From the IMG/VR virus record IMGVR_UViG_3300044726_000013, positions 1 to 64,000 of that record: DNA of 64,000 nucleotides; one strand, given 5' to 3'. A program made the translations under genes and the position numbers. Below the pieces are notes generated by a model. It searched no databases. It saw only the letters and a list, made by a program, of their open reading frames with translations, and had not been told where the DNA came from. Within the stretch, counting starts at the first letter, position 1. Every line of letters begins with the position of its first letter. The stretch is from a virus. Shown in pieces: positions 37,390 to 45,754 of this stretch.

Positions 37390-37584
37390 TCAGGCGGTGA
37401 GCGCGGCCAGTGCGGCCAGCGTGTCACGCAGGCCACCGCGCTGCCAGTTCAGCGCATTGGCCAGACGCTCAGCGTGTTCACGGCAGATGGGCTTGGTGTT
37501 GGTGGTCAGCACGATCTGCGCCTCTATCTGCTTGGCGCGGGTGGTCAGTTCAGCGGCGGTGAGGTGGGCAAGAAAGTTGGTCAC
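37390..37584 (-). CDS. Hypothetical early protein
   Basis: CCTCTGGAG RBS motif and upstream promoter. Confidence 0.6.
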   Translation of the reverse strand: MTNFLAHLTAAELTTRAKQIEAQIVLTTNTKPICREHAERLANALNWQRGGLRDTLAALAALTA

Positions 37585-37618
37585 GGCAGGTCTCCAGAGG
37601 CATAAGCGCCTGTGATCC

Positions 37619-37649
37619 CTTTTGCCTGAAGACGACCCTGCTGTAAAGC
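37619..37649 (-). promoter_or_regulatory. Repeated phage promoter (weak -10)
   Basis: GCTTTACA-N17-CAAAAG; upstream GGGTCCATTTTAGG. Confidence 0.5.
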
Positions 37650-37757
37650 CCTAAAATGGACCCAGACGCAAAAAAGGCCGCTGCACAGGTTGGTACGGTT
37701 GCAGCGGCCAAAATTGGGGTGAGGCGGCAATCTAGGGGTAGGGTGGGCACTTGGCAA

Positions 37758-37818
37758 TGCCCGCTGGGGCGTCAGGCAGCCCCGCCAGAGCGTTTTGTGG
37801 GGCTGGGTGGTGTCTGAG
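37758..37818 (+). repeat. 61-bp dispersed repeat, copy B
   Basis: 53/61 identical to 7650-7710. Confidence 0.85.
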
Positions 37819-37843
37819 CCCACCCAAGCCCCTCAGACGCGCC

Positions 37844-38092
37844 CTAGACCAGCCTGAGGGCCGTGGGCGCTGGCGCTGGCAGGTCAGGGTCTGGCTCAGC
37901 GTGCATGTAGGCGCGGGCCAGCTTGCCGTCAGGCTTGCGTATGACGTAGGCCACCACGGTGGGGTAGGGGCCAAACATGTCACAGACAACCTCAGTCAGC
38001 ACGTGGTAGGTGCCGTCAGCGGGCACGCCGTAGGCGGTGGTGATGTGACGCGGCCCGTCAACGCGGGTGAACTTCATGTTTTGATCAGTCAT
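37844..38092 (-). CDS. Hypothetical early protein
   Basis: ATG at 38092 after the repeated promoter. Confidence 0.6.
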   Translation of the reverse strand: MTDQNMKFTRVDGPRHITTAYGVPADGTYHVLTEVVCDMFGPYPTVVAYVIRKPDGKLARAYMHAEPDPDLPAPAPTALRLV

Positions 38093-38144
38093 TTGGGTGC
38101 CTTTCAGATGGCGTTGAGGCGGGGCAGGGTTGCCCCGCCCCGCC

Positions 38145-38178
38145 CCCATAGACGGTAAAATCGTGTTGTGTAAAGCGA
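38145..38178 (-). promoter_or_regulatory. Repeated phage promoter
   Basis: TCGCTTTACA-N18-TATGGG. Confidence 0.65.
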
Positions 38179-38181
38179 ATT

Positions 38182-38337
38182 TTATGATGAGGCCCCCATG
38201 GCGTGCAGAAAGCGCACCAGATCAGCCTCAGCCTTGGCCACCGGGCGGCGGCGGCCCACCAGCCAGACGGTGGCCCAGCCGTCAGTGCTGGTGTAGACCC
38301 GGCCGTCAAGCATCTCAATCTTCAGGTGCTTAGACAT
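38182..38337 (-). CDS. Small hypothetical early protein
   Basis: 51-aa ORF (MSKHLKIEMLDGRVY...) after a CCTCTGGAG RBS. Confidence 0.55.
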   Translation of the reverse strand: MSKHLKIEMLDGRVYTSTDGWATVWLVGRRRPVAKAEADLVRFLHAMGASS

Positions 38338-38353
38338 GTGGTTCTCCAGAGGG

Positions 38354-38536
38354 TTACAGGTAGGCTACGGCACGCGCCACGGCGCGCAGCATGATGAACT
38401 CCTTGCCCATCAGGCCGCGCACGCTGGTGCGCCAGTAGCCGGTGATCAGCTTGCGCACGGTGCCCACGGGCACGCCGTCACTGAATACGGTGTAGGTGTC
38501 AGGGGCAACTTTGCTGAAGGTGACGCGGCGGGGCAT
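38354..38536 (-). CDS. Small hypothetical early protein
   Basis: 60-aa ORF downstream of the 38.6-kb promoter. Confidence 0.55.
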   Translation of the reverse strand: MPRRVTFSKVAPDTYTVFSDGVPVGTVRKLITGYWRTSVRGLMGKEFIMLRAVARAVAYL

Positions 38537-38572
38537 GAAGGTGGGTCCAAAGGCAAAAGCGCCTTGGCATCC

Positions 38573-38603
38573 TTCTTACGCTAGGTCGCATACTGCTGTA
38601 AAG
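38573..38603 (-). promoter_or_regulatory. Repeated phage promoter
   Basis: CTTTACA-N18-TAAGAA. Confidence 0.55.
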
Positions 38604-39276
38604 GACCTATTTGCACCCTACTCCATAATTCTTCAACGGCGGCGTGCCGGGCAGCCTCACGCTCAGGGTCACGCAGTGATGTCATCAGGTCATCAGGCTC
38701 ATGGCCGTCAGCCTCACCAAACAGCCTGCGCATGGCGTTGCGGTACTTGGGGCCGCAGATGCGGTAATTCATCAGGGTGATGGTGGGGTCAATGCCTGCC
38801 ATCCACACCAGACCGTTGTTGGTCTGGGCGTCAACCAGCGCCACGCGGGTGATGGCCATGGGCGCTATCACGTCATGGTAGGTGCAGTTGCCCAGACCCT
38901 TAAGGCTATCCTGCCAGTTGGTGGCATAGTTCATCAGGCGGCTGCGGTACCAGCGGGTGCGGGCCTTCATGGGCTTGCCAAGCGGGGCGTGCCCCTCTTG
39001 CTTGCGGCTGACCTGTTCAAGCCAGTCCTCATCCGGCGCAAGCCACCACGGGGCCAACAGGCCCACGTCAATCTCAAGCACCGCCAGCGCCTCACCGGGC
39101 TTGGCGGCCTCGTGGGCGTAGTGCAGGGCGTAGGCGTTGGTCAGGTAGACGGCATCAGGGCAGCTTTCAACGCTGTGCTGCCAGTTGCCCTTGCGCTTGC
39201 CGCGCGGGCGCAGGCCGTTGGCCTTGATGTCAGGCAGGTGCCGGGCGGCGGTGCCGTGGTAGAGTTTGGGGCTCAT
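38581..39276 (-). CDS. ADP-ribosyltransferase-fold protein (KptA/Tpt1-like YHGT clade)
   Basis: LYHGT...I...GL.P, VYLT..YA..YA, VLEID, L.PDED and I.P..I motifs. Confidence 0.6.
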   Translation of the reverse strand: MSPKLYHGTAARHLPDIKANGLRPRGKRKGNWQHSVESCPDAVYLTNAYALHYAHEAAKPGEALAVLEIDVGLLAPWWLAPDEDWLEQVSRKQEGHAPLGKPMKARTRWYRSRLMNYATNWQDSLKGLGNCTYHDVIAPMAITRVALVDAQTNNGLVWMAGIDPTITLMNYRICGPKYRNAMRRLFGEADGHEPDDLMTSLRDPEREAARHAAVEELWSRVQIGPLQQYAT

Positions 39277-39464
39277 GACGCCACCGGGCGGGTCTGGTCA
39301 AGCGTAGCCTCAAAGGCCGCTTCACCGTGCTTCTGGCGCAGCCGCGCCAGCATCCAGTGGCTTGCGCCATAGTACGGGTGGCAATGCTGCCCCCAGCCGT
39401 CAGCAGGGCCGTTCAGCACGGCCCAGTAGGCGCGGGCATCTTTCTCAATCTCAGTCATCTTCAT
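39273..39464 (-). CDS. Hypothetical early protein
   Basis: Coupled small ORF. Confidence 0.55.
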   Translation of the reverse strand: MKMTEIEKDARAYWAVLNGPADGWGQHCHPYYGASHWMLARLRQKHGEAAFEATLDQTRPVAS

Positions 39465-39636
39465 CTTCCTCTATGGCCAGCAAATCAGCAATGGCCTGTT
39501 GTTTGGTTTCACCGTAGCCATAGTGGCCGTCTTCCTCATAGCCGTCACGGCAGGCCATCCAGTCAAACTGGCGTATGGGTATGGGCGGGTAGATCAGGGT
39601 GGCCACAATGGCCGCGTCACGCTTGCCCATTGTCAC
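39451..39636 (-). CDS. Hypothetical early protein
   Basis: YPPIPIR.FDW.A...YE....G.G.T...AI.DL motif. Confidence 0.7.
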   Translation of the reverse strand: MTMGKRDAAIVATLIYPPIPIRQFDWMACRDGYEEDGHYGYGETKQQAIADLLAIEEDEDD

Positions 39637-39784
39637 GCTCCTGAAGGGCCCGCAGCCACATGGTGATGGGGCTCAGGCTGACGTTGGTCTTCTTGCGGGC
39701 AGCGGCCAGCGTGGCGGCAAGGGCCCACTTGACGCGCTCGGCATTAGCAGCGCGCTGCTTGGCGTCATCCACCTTGATGATCAT
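39617..39784 (-). CDS. Small basic hypothetical protein
   Basis: 55-aa ORF read manually, coupled to the upstream stop. Confidence 0.45.
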   Translation of the reverse strand: MIIKVDDAKQRAANAERVKWALAATLAAARKKTNVSLSPITMWLRALQERDNGQA

Positions 39785-39978
39785 CACGCACCTTCTCGGC
39801 GCACGGCGTCTACCGCCCGGCGCACTTCATCAGCCTTGGCCAGCGTCTTGTCAGACAACAGGCCGCCATTGCCGCCCACCAGCTTACCGCCGATCAGTTC
39901 ACCGTGCATGTCAAACGCCACGGCGTCGGCCAGTTCAAGCGCCACGCGCAGCAGCGTCTGCATGCGGCTGGTCATCAC
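39784..39978 (-). CDS. Hypothetical early protein
   Basis: GG.GGLLS..T...ADE.R motif. Confidence 0.6.
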   Translation of the reverse strand: MMTSRMQTLLRVALELADAVAFDMHGELIGGKLVGGNGGLLSDKTLAKADEVRRAVDAVRREGA

Positions 39979-40166
39979 GGCAACTCCTTGGCCACGTGTG
40001 GGTGGGCAGGCACGCGCTTGGTGCTGCCGTCAGGCATCACCACCTCACCAGCGGTCAGGTCACGCGCAATCTCTTCAGCCAGCTTCTGGCTGGCCGTCAC
40101 AGAGCGGCTGACGTAGCGGTGGTCACCGCTCTTCAGCACGCGGTAGACGCCGTACATGGTCATCAC
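39975..40166 (-). CDS. Hypothetical early protein
   Basis: Coupled small ORF. Confidence 0.55.
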   Translation of the reverse strand: MMTMYGVYRVLKSGDHRYVSRSVTASQKLAEEIARDLTAGEVVMPDGSTKRVPAHPHVAKELP

Positions 40167-40327
40167 AGCCCCCGGCGCTTGAGTTCGGCCTTGACGCCAG
40201 CAATCATGGCTGGGTTCATGGCATCGCCATTGGGCCGGTCAACCAGCAGCGTCAGCATCATGCGCAGGCGCTTCACGGTCAGGGTCTTGAGGTAGGCATA
40301 GTTCAGTCTTGGCTTTGGGCCGGACAT
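40163..40327 (-). CDS. Small hypothetical early protein
   Basis: 54-aa ORF read manually, first gene after the 40.39-kb promoter. Confidence 0.5.
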   Translation of the reverse strand: MSGPKPRLNYAYLKTLTVKRLRMMLTLLVDRPNGDAMNPAMIAGVKAELKRRGL

Positions 40328-40361
40328 GGGTAACCCCTTTTGGTTGGTGTTGAGCCCGGTC

Positions 40362-40394
40362 CTTTTACCCCAAGGTCGCGCTGGTGTAAAGCGA
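40362..40394 (-). promoter_or_regulatory. Repeated phage promoter
   Basis: TCGCTTTACA-N17-TAAAAG. Confidence 0.7.
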
Positions 40395-40395
40395 C

Positions 40396-40869
40396 CTACT
40401 CAAAGAAATTGGTCATCAGGCCGGTGTCACGGTCAGCCGCAGTGTGGTCAGCCGCACCCAGAACCGGGGGCTCCCCGGTAGCACCGTAGGTGACCGGGTA
40501 GGTGGTGTTGAGGGCTTCACCGTTACGGTTGCGGCTGGTCACCATCAGCACGTCTTGGCGCTGGCTGTGTTCGCGCACGGGCACCTTCAGCATCTCAGGC
40601 TGGGTGCGCGGGTCAATGCGGGCCATCCATGCCTCACTGACAAAGCTGTAGCTGGCAATGCCCATGCCGTTGAGAACCTCCTTGATGATGGCGGCCCAAT
40701 GCGCCTTCTCAGCCGGGTTGCGCCACGGCGGCGCTGGCCACTGCGCCAAGTCTTCACCGTCAGGTATCAGGATCACCGGGTCAACCTTGCCGCGCTCAGC
40801 CATGGCCAGCTTGGCGTAGACGCAGGCGGCGGCGTGCTGGGCTTTGAGGCTCATTGACTTGCCTTCCAT
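40396..40869 (-). CDS. Hypothetical protein
   Basis: YSF.SEAW...R.D.L motif. Confidence 0.65.
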   Translation of the reverse strand: MEGKSMSLKAQHAAACVYAKLAMAERGKVDPVILIPDGEDLAQWPAPPWRNPAEKAHWAAIIKEVLNGMGIASYSFVSEAWMARIDPRTQPEMLKVPVREHSQRQDVLMVTSRNRNGEALNTTYPVTYGATGEPPVLGAADHTAADRDTGLMTNFFE

Positions 40870-40950
40870 ATGATCAGGGTCAGCATGGCACCTATGGCCA
40901 AGGCCCAGAGTATAGTTTCCACAACAGGGTGTAGTTTCACAGTATCATCC

Positions 40951-41877
40951 TCAGAGTTTGTAGAAAAGGCGGTGCAGTTCTTCCTCAGTGCGCCAGTTCA
41001 CCTTGCTGGCCTTGACCGGCACCAGCTTGCCGTTGCTGAGGTGGCGCATGTGGCCGCGTCGCCAGTGCGCCACCGGGCTGGCATGGTGGCCGCCTCTGGC
41101 AGACGCCTTGGCGTAGGCGCGGCTCTGAAAGGCGCTGACGTAATCCTTGGTATGCACCACGTTGTGGGCGGGTATCTGGTGCCTGCCCTTCTTGGCGCGG
41201 GCGGCGTTCAGCTTGGCCGGGGCGGCCACGTGGGTGATGGGTATGGCGGCATCCGCAAGCAGGCGCAGCATGGTGACCAGCGGGTCAAGGCTGTTTGAGC
41301 CACGGTTGCGTTGCTCCAGTTCACTCTCAACGTGGCCACCGGGGTAGCGCATGTAGGCCGGGCTGACCAGCGTGTTGCCGGGCTTGGCGTTGATGCTGAC
41401 CATATCGTAGATCAGCACGGCATCACCCAGCTTGGGCTCAGCAATGCTGAGGCCGTAGAGTTCAACCACCAGCGTGTCTTCAGGGCGCGCGGGGTGCGGT
41501 GCCACAAGGTAGCCGTTGAAGCCGCCCTCCCAACTGGTGACGCCCAGCCAGCTTTCAAACGGGTGCGGCAGTTCGCCAGCCTCATACATGTGGCGGCTGG
41601 CAATGCTCTCACGCTTGATCACCGCGTTGGGGATGAAGCCAAAGTCAATCATGCGGCCATCAGCCACCACGTCTTTGATGACGTTGCGCAGGTAGGTCAC
41701 GTCACGCTCTTCAGTGATGGCAAGCAATGGGTTGATGGCCAGCATGGCGTCACCAAGCACGGCGTTGCGGAACGCCTCAGCGCTCTTGATGGGCCAATCG
41801 GGCAGGTGCTGAAACAGCAAGCTGACCACTTCAGCGGCTTCACGTTGGGGCAGCAGGGGCATGGTGTCTTGGGTCAT
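40951..41877 (-). CDS. Hypothetical protein with C-terminal SP..H.RRGH motif
   Basis: KLN.AR.K.G..., HASP..HWRRGH.R.L; distantly like the 22655-23665 C-terminus. Confidence 0.75.
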   Translation of the reverse strand: MTQDTMPLLPQREAAEVVSLLFQHLPDWPIKSAEAFRNAVLGDAMLAINPLLAITEERDVTYLRNVIKDVVADGRMIDFGFIPNAVIKRESIASRHMYEAGELPHPFESWLGVTSWEGGFNGYLVAPHPARPEDTLVVELYGLSIAEPKLGDAVLIYDMVSINAKPGNTLVSPAYMRYPGGHVESELEQRNRGSNSLDPLVTMLRLLADAAIPITHVAAPAKLNAARAKKGRHQIPAHNVVHTKDYVSAFQSRAYAKASARGGHHASPVAHWRRGHMRHLSNGKLVPVKASKVNWRTEEELHRLFYKL

Positions 41878-41897
41878 GCCCCTAGCTATAGCATCCC

Positions 41898-42128
41898 TTA
41901 AGCGTCTGGTGAAGGGACCATGTTGCGGCGGGTGTTCTTCAGTTGGTGCATGCGCATTGCAAGGAACAGGTGCACCAGTTGCGCCACGTCAGCGTTTAGT
42001 TCGGCGCTGGTGTAGCCCGTGGTCTTGTAGCCGTGCAGGTTCTGCAACAGGGTCTGAATGACGGGCAGATCGTTCTTGGCACCGTCAAGCAGGTCAAACC
42101 ATTCCATGTGGTTCAGGGCGCGGGTCAT
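41898..42128 (-). CDS. Hypothetical protein
   Basis: Coupled ORF. Confidence 0.55.
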   Translation of the reverse strand: MTRALNHMEWFDLLDGAKNDLPVIQTLLQNLHGYKTTGYTSAELNADVAQLVHLFLAMRMHQLKNTRRNMVPSPDA

Positions 42129-42403
42129 GGTGCGGTCTTTCTGGTGTTCCAGCGGGTGGCGGCGGCGTGCAGCAGGGTGGTTTCAAAGGCATCCCACGCG
42201 TGCTTGGTGTAGGGGTAGCGCGGCTGTGTGGCGCGTGTTGACATCTCAGCGCCGCATTCCCAGCACTCAACCTTGACCAGCCAGTCAGGGCTGTCCTGAA
42301 CGTCTATCAGGCCGCTGATGTCAGCCCGGCCATGGCAGAACGGGCATGCGTCAAGCTGCGGCTGGTAGGCACCCAGCTTGGTCTTGGTGCCGTGCGCGGT
42401 CAT
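42125..42403 (-). CDS. Lar-like restriction alleviation Zn-finger protein
   Basis: L..CPFC.G.A...V.C..CGA...A..WN.R. Confidence 0.7.
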   Translation of the reverse strand: MTAHGTKTKLGAYQPQLDACPFCHGRADISGLIDVQDSPDWLVKVECWECGAEMSTRATQPRYPYTKHAWDAFETTLLHAAATRWNTRKTAP

Positions 42404-42591
42404 GGTGCCTCACCCACGCAACAGCCGTTGGTCAGCACGGTGTGGGTCATCCACATCTGGTCAGGGCGCAGCCTGACCACGGCCACCCAGCCGCCTTTAA
42501 GCTTGACGGCGGTGGGTATGGTGTTGGGCAGGCCCAGCCGCAGGGCGGCGGCGGTGGCCGCAGCCTGCGTGGCGTAGATGGCGGCGCTCAT
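42400..42591 (-). CDS. Hypothetical protein
   Basis: Coupled small ORF. Confidence 0.5.
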   Translation of the reverse strand: MSAAIYATQAAATAAALRLGLPNTIPTAVKLKGGWVAVVRLRPDQMWMTHTVLTNGCCVGEAP

Positions 42592-42887
42592 GCCGCCACC
42601 ACCTGTTCCTCAAAGCCGCACGCGGCCACCACGTAGGTGACGCCTTCAAAGATGAAGCGGTCACCCATCATGCTTGAGCGCAGGCCGTATTCCCTGCCAT
42701 CAATGATGGGCAGCATGGCGCGCACGGTCACGGCGTCATGGTGATCAGGGTTGCCCGGCCGTGACCAAGAGCCGCTGATGTTCTGGGTATAGCGCCACGC
42801 AAACTCAAGCGCGTCGTAGGGGTCGGCGTAGGGGGTTTCAACAGAGGCCACGTGCACGGGGCCGTGGTAGACTTCTACGGTAGACAT
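42588..42887 (-). CDS. Hypothetical protein (YodL-like RS..GD motif)
   Basis: LE.A..YTQN..SW and RSSM.GD......Y.VA..GF motifs. Confidence 0.65.
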   Translation of the reverse strand: MSTVEVYHGPVHVASVETPYADPYDALEFAWRYTQNISGSWSRPGNPDHHDAVTVRAMLPIIDGREYGLRSSMMGDRFIFEGVTYVVAACGFEEQVVAA

Positions 42888-42916
42888 CAGGTAACTCCTA
42901 TCCAGTTGACAGGTCT

Positions 42917-42950
42917 ACCCTAGCATCGTCTGGGGGCGCTTGTAAAGCGA
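42917..42950 (-). promoter_or_regulatory. Repeated phage promoter
   Basis: TCGCTTTACA-N18-TAGGGT. Confidence 0.7.
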
Positions 42951-42964
42951 CTTTGCAAAAGTGT

Positions 42965-42984
42965 TGACGGCACTGGTGCCGTCA
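42965..42984. repeat. Perfect 9-bp inverted repeat (terminator or operator)
   Basis: TGACGGCAC-TG-GTGCCGTCA. Confidence 0.5.
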
Positions 42985-43401
42985 TCACTTTGCCGGGCGG
43001 CGCAGTTCAATCTCAGGGGTAGTGCTTTCAACCACAAAGCCAAAGTCTTCAAACAGGCCGGTCAGCCGCTGCGGGTCACAGTCAGGCTCATAATTGCGGA
43101 TGATGCTGGTGCATTCCATACCGTCAGCGTCTAGATCAGCCATCACGGTGGCCATCAGGCTGCGCATGTGGCCTTGGCCGCGCTTGGTGCGGTCCTGCAC
43201 GTTGACGTAGACAATGCGGTGGGCCTCCCCGGACGCACCCAGCGCTAGGCTGATCAGGGCCGGGTCTACCTGATAGGTCTGGTGCGTCCGGGGCCCGGTG
43301 GGCTCAGCATGCGGCGTGACGGCCTGCGGCTGAGCGTCACCCGGCTGAGACAGGCTCTCAGGCGGGTGAAGGCGGGTACCATCGTGGGTAAAGGTGGCCA
43401 T
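42985..43401 (-). CDS. GNAT-family acetyltransferase-like protein
   Basis: V.V....RGQG..R.LM acetyl-CoA motif A; L..LFE.FGF motif B. Confidence 0.6.
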   Translation of the reverse strand: MATFTHDGTRLHPPESLSQPGDAQPQAVTPHAEPTGPRTHQTYQVDPALISLALGASGEAHRIVYVNVQDRTKRGQGHMRSLMATVMADLDADGMECTSIIRNYEPDCDPQRLTGLFEDFGFVVESTTPEIELRRPAK

Positions 43402-43414
43402 GCCCCGGTATAGC

Positions 43415-43912
43415 CTATGCGGGCCGCCATGTCAGGTGCTGACGTGCGCCGTCCCACCGCAAGTCTTCACGGGTAATGCCACGGGCCAGCAACTCGGCCT
43501 CGGTAAGGCCGTCTTGGTAGAGCGCGTAGCGGCCATACGCCTTGCTGCCCTTCTGCTTGGGGTTGGGCACATGGCTGACCAGCACGCGGGCGGCCTTGGC
43601 GGCCCGTGCAACGGGGCTGCGTGGGCTGGGCTGGGCTGGCTTGGGCGGCTGCGGCTTGGGGTAGGGCTTGGGCTTCAGTTGGGCGCTGTCAGGGCACTTG
43701 GTCAGAACACCCTTCAGGCAGGCGGTGGCGATCATGGCGCGCAGATCAGTGCTGCGCTCAAGGCGTGACAGGGCGGCCTGTGGCGGCAGCTTGTGCTGAA
43801 TGAGGATCACATCAAGCGGCACGCCGGGCGTGGGCAGGGGCAGTTGCAGGGCCTTGCAGACGGCCAGTTGGTCAGCCGGGCACAGGCGCGTAAATGCGGC
43901 AGCGTCAATCAT
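43415..43912 (-). CDS. Protein with Pro-rich linker and C-terminal NPKxxGS domain
   Basis: NPKQKGS...YQDGLT...DLRWD. Confidence 0.75.
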   Translation of the reverse strand: MIDAAAFTRLCPADQLAVCKALQLPLPTPGVPLDVILIQHKLPPQAALSRLERSTDLRAMIATACLKGVLTKCPDSAQLKPKPYPKPQPPKPAQPSPRSPVARAAKAARVLVSHVPNPKQKGSKAYGRYALYQDGLTEAELLARGITREDLRWDGARQHLTWRPA

Positions 43913-44005
43913 TTGGGGTTCAGCCTATCCAGAGGTGAGGGGGTAGCTTGCACCGGGATTTGCCCCGGCGCAAGCGGTATTTTGGTTTGTAACCGGGTAC
44001 AAACG

Positions 44006-44932
44006 TCACGCCAGCCGCAGCTTGGTGGCGCTGGTGCCCACGGCGGTGCCAAGGTGCACCTTGTTGCCCGCAGCCATGCCCGCCTCACGCGCGCTCTGGC
44101 TGCCGCTGGTGGCCACGCGGGTGTTGCTGGCCTTGCGCAGCTTGCGGTCACCCCATTGCTCGGCAACCACGGCGTTCTTGACCACCATCAGGGCGGTGCC
44201 GCTGGTGGTGACCAGCGTCTCCGTATGCCTTGCCTTCAGCATTTCCCTGATACGGGTGCTGACGCGCGCGGTGTAGGCCAGCATGAAATCATTGCGGGTG
44301 CGGCGGTTGTTGACCCAGTTGGTGGCCTTGAAGGCGGCATAGCCACGGTCACCGGCACCCTCAATGACGCGCATCAGGTAGGTGGCCACCTCAACGTCAG
44401 CCGGGAGGCCGAAGAAGATGATCTGCCCGGTGCCGGTCTTGTGGTAGACAATGCAGGCGCAGTAATCGGCAATGGCCTTGGCGCACCACTGGCTGGGGTG
44501 CGGCCGGGCGCGGTGCGCGCCGTGAATGCCGCTTTCACACTTTTCGGCTTTGATCTCAGTCTCAGATTGTTCAATGCCGTACTTGTCCATAAGCTGCCCG
44601 GCCTTTTCAGCGGCGGCCATGGCCTCTTCCTCGGTGCAGCCGTTTTCAACGGTCTTGCTCAGCAGGGCGCGTATGCGGTTGACGGCGGCGCTGCGGTTGG
44701 CGGTGGGCGCGGCAGCGGTGGCGGCGCTGAAGGTGCTTTCACCGGCCGGTATGGCAATGAAGCCGCGCTTCTCATCCCAGTGCAGGTCTTCACGCGTGCC
44801 ACCGGCCCGCAGGTACTCACCGGGCGTCATGCCGTCACGGTAGAGGCTGAAGCGGTAGTGCGCCTTGCTGCCGGGCTTCTTGGGGTTGGGTACCAGCACG
44901 CGGATGCGCGCAACGGGTGATTTGAAAGACAT
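44006..44932 (-). CDS. NPKxxGS domain fused to DUF2786-like domain
   Basis: N-terminal NPKKPGS...YRDGMT...DLHWD; RIRALL.K....EEEA.AA..KA..LM.KY. Confidence 0.8.
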   Translation of the reverse strand: MSFKSPVARIRVLVPNPKKPGSKAHYRFSLYRDGMTPGEYLRAGGTREDLHWDEKRGFIAIPAGESTFSAATAAAPTANRSAAVNRIRALLSKTVENGCTEEEAMAAAEKAGQLMDKYGIEQSETEIKAEKCESGIHGAHRARPHPSQWCAKAIADYCACIVYHKTGTGQIIFFGLPADVEVATYLMRVIEGAGDRGYAAFKATNWVNNRRTRNDFMLAYTARVSTRIREMLKARHTETLVTTSGTALMVVKNAVVAEQWGDRKLRKASNTRVATSGSQSAREAGMAAGNKVHLGTAVGTSATKLRLA

Positions 44933-44983
44933 GGTGGTTCTCCAGAGGTTGAAAAGGCGCAGCCGGGTGGCCGCGCCTTGAAT

Positions 44984-45016
44984 GGTTTAGCACGACCTCG
45001 TGCCCGTGTAAAGCGA
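44984..45016 (-). promoter_or_regulatory. Repeated phage promoter
   Basis: TCGCTTTACA-N17-TAAACC. Confidence 0.7.
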
Positions 45017-45018
45017 GG

Positions 45019-45420
45019 TTATGTGCATTCAGCCTCAAGCGCGTCAAGCTGGGGCTGAATGGCGGCCATGATGGCTTCAGCAAGGGCGTTGACGCCGTAG
45101 TCAGCAATCACGTCATAGCCGTCATTGCCGTAGATCAGGCTGAAGGTGGCGGCCTGCTTGGGGTCACCGGGCAGGCCAATGGTCTGGGCGCGCAGGGTGT
45201 CTTCATCAGTGCTGGCAAGGGCGCACATGATTTCGTGGCGGTTCTGGCTCTTGCGCAGGCACCAGTCTTCACCGTCATTGATGCTGACCAGAAGGCCACG
45301 GCGCAGGCATTCATCAATCAGGTAGCCGCAGGCGCGGCTCTCAGTCTCAAGGCGCTTGGCAAGGTCAGCATGGCCAGCGGCGCGGGCACGTTCAGCGTAG
45401 GTGGTGAAGGCGGTTTTCAT
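45019..45420 (-). CDS. Hypothetical early protein
   Basis: S.NDGE...STDED.L...LIYGNDG.DVI.DY motif. Confidence 0.7.
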   Translation of the reverse strand: MKTAFTTYAERARAAGHADLAKRLETESRACGYLIDECLRRGLLVSINDGEDWCLRKSQNRHEIMCALASTDEDTLRAQTIGLPGDPKQAATFSLIYGNDGYDVIADYGVNALAEAIMAAIQPQLDALEAECT

Positions 45421-45476
45421 GGGTGTTGCTTTCTTTGGGTTCAGAGGGGTGACCGGGGACGCCGGGCACATCAGGT

Positions 45477-45506
45477 CGTTTACAACATGAAAGCGACTGC
45501 TGTCAA
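45477..45506 (-). promoter_or_regulatory. Promoter at the head of the leftward early region
   Basis: TTGACA-N18-TAAACG. Confidence 0.55.
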
Positions 45507-45577
45507 CAGGGCCCTTGAAAGCGCATAAATATGCGCGCGTCACGTAGAAGGGGGTATGGGGTCAAACCATTTAGGCC

Positions 45578-45690
45578 AATAGTGACAATAGGCCAATAGT
45601 AACAGGACCTAAGTCATTGATTAAAAACGCGTGGGCGCGTATTGCGCAATACTCAGATTATTACGTCGTTATGTGTGTGCGCGTGTATGT
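45578..45690 (+). other. Non-coding element II (origin- or pac-like), inverted homologue of 11147-11229
   Basis: Three AATAG repeats, GGGCGCGTA..GCGCAAT, TATTACGT, GTGTGCGCGTGT. Confidence 0.55.
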
Positions 45691-45754
45691 AGGGTTGAGT
45701 ATCGTTACGGTATGCAAACCCCGGTTGCAGTGCCCAAAACCCCGGTCTGGGCCA

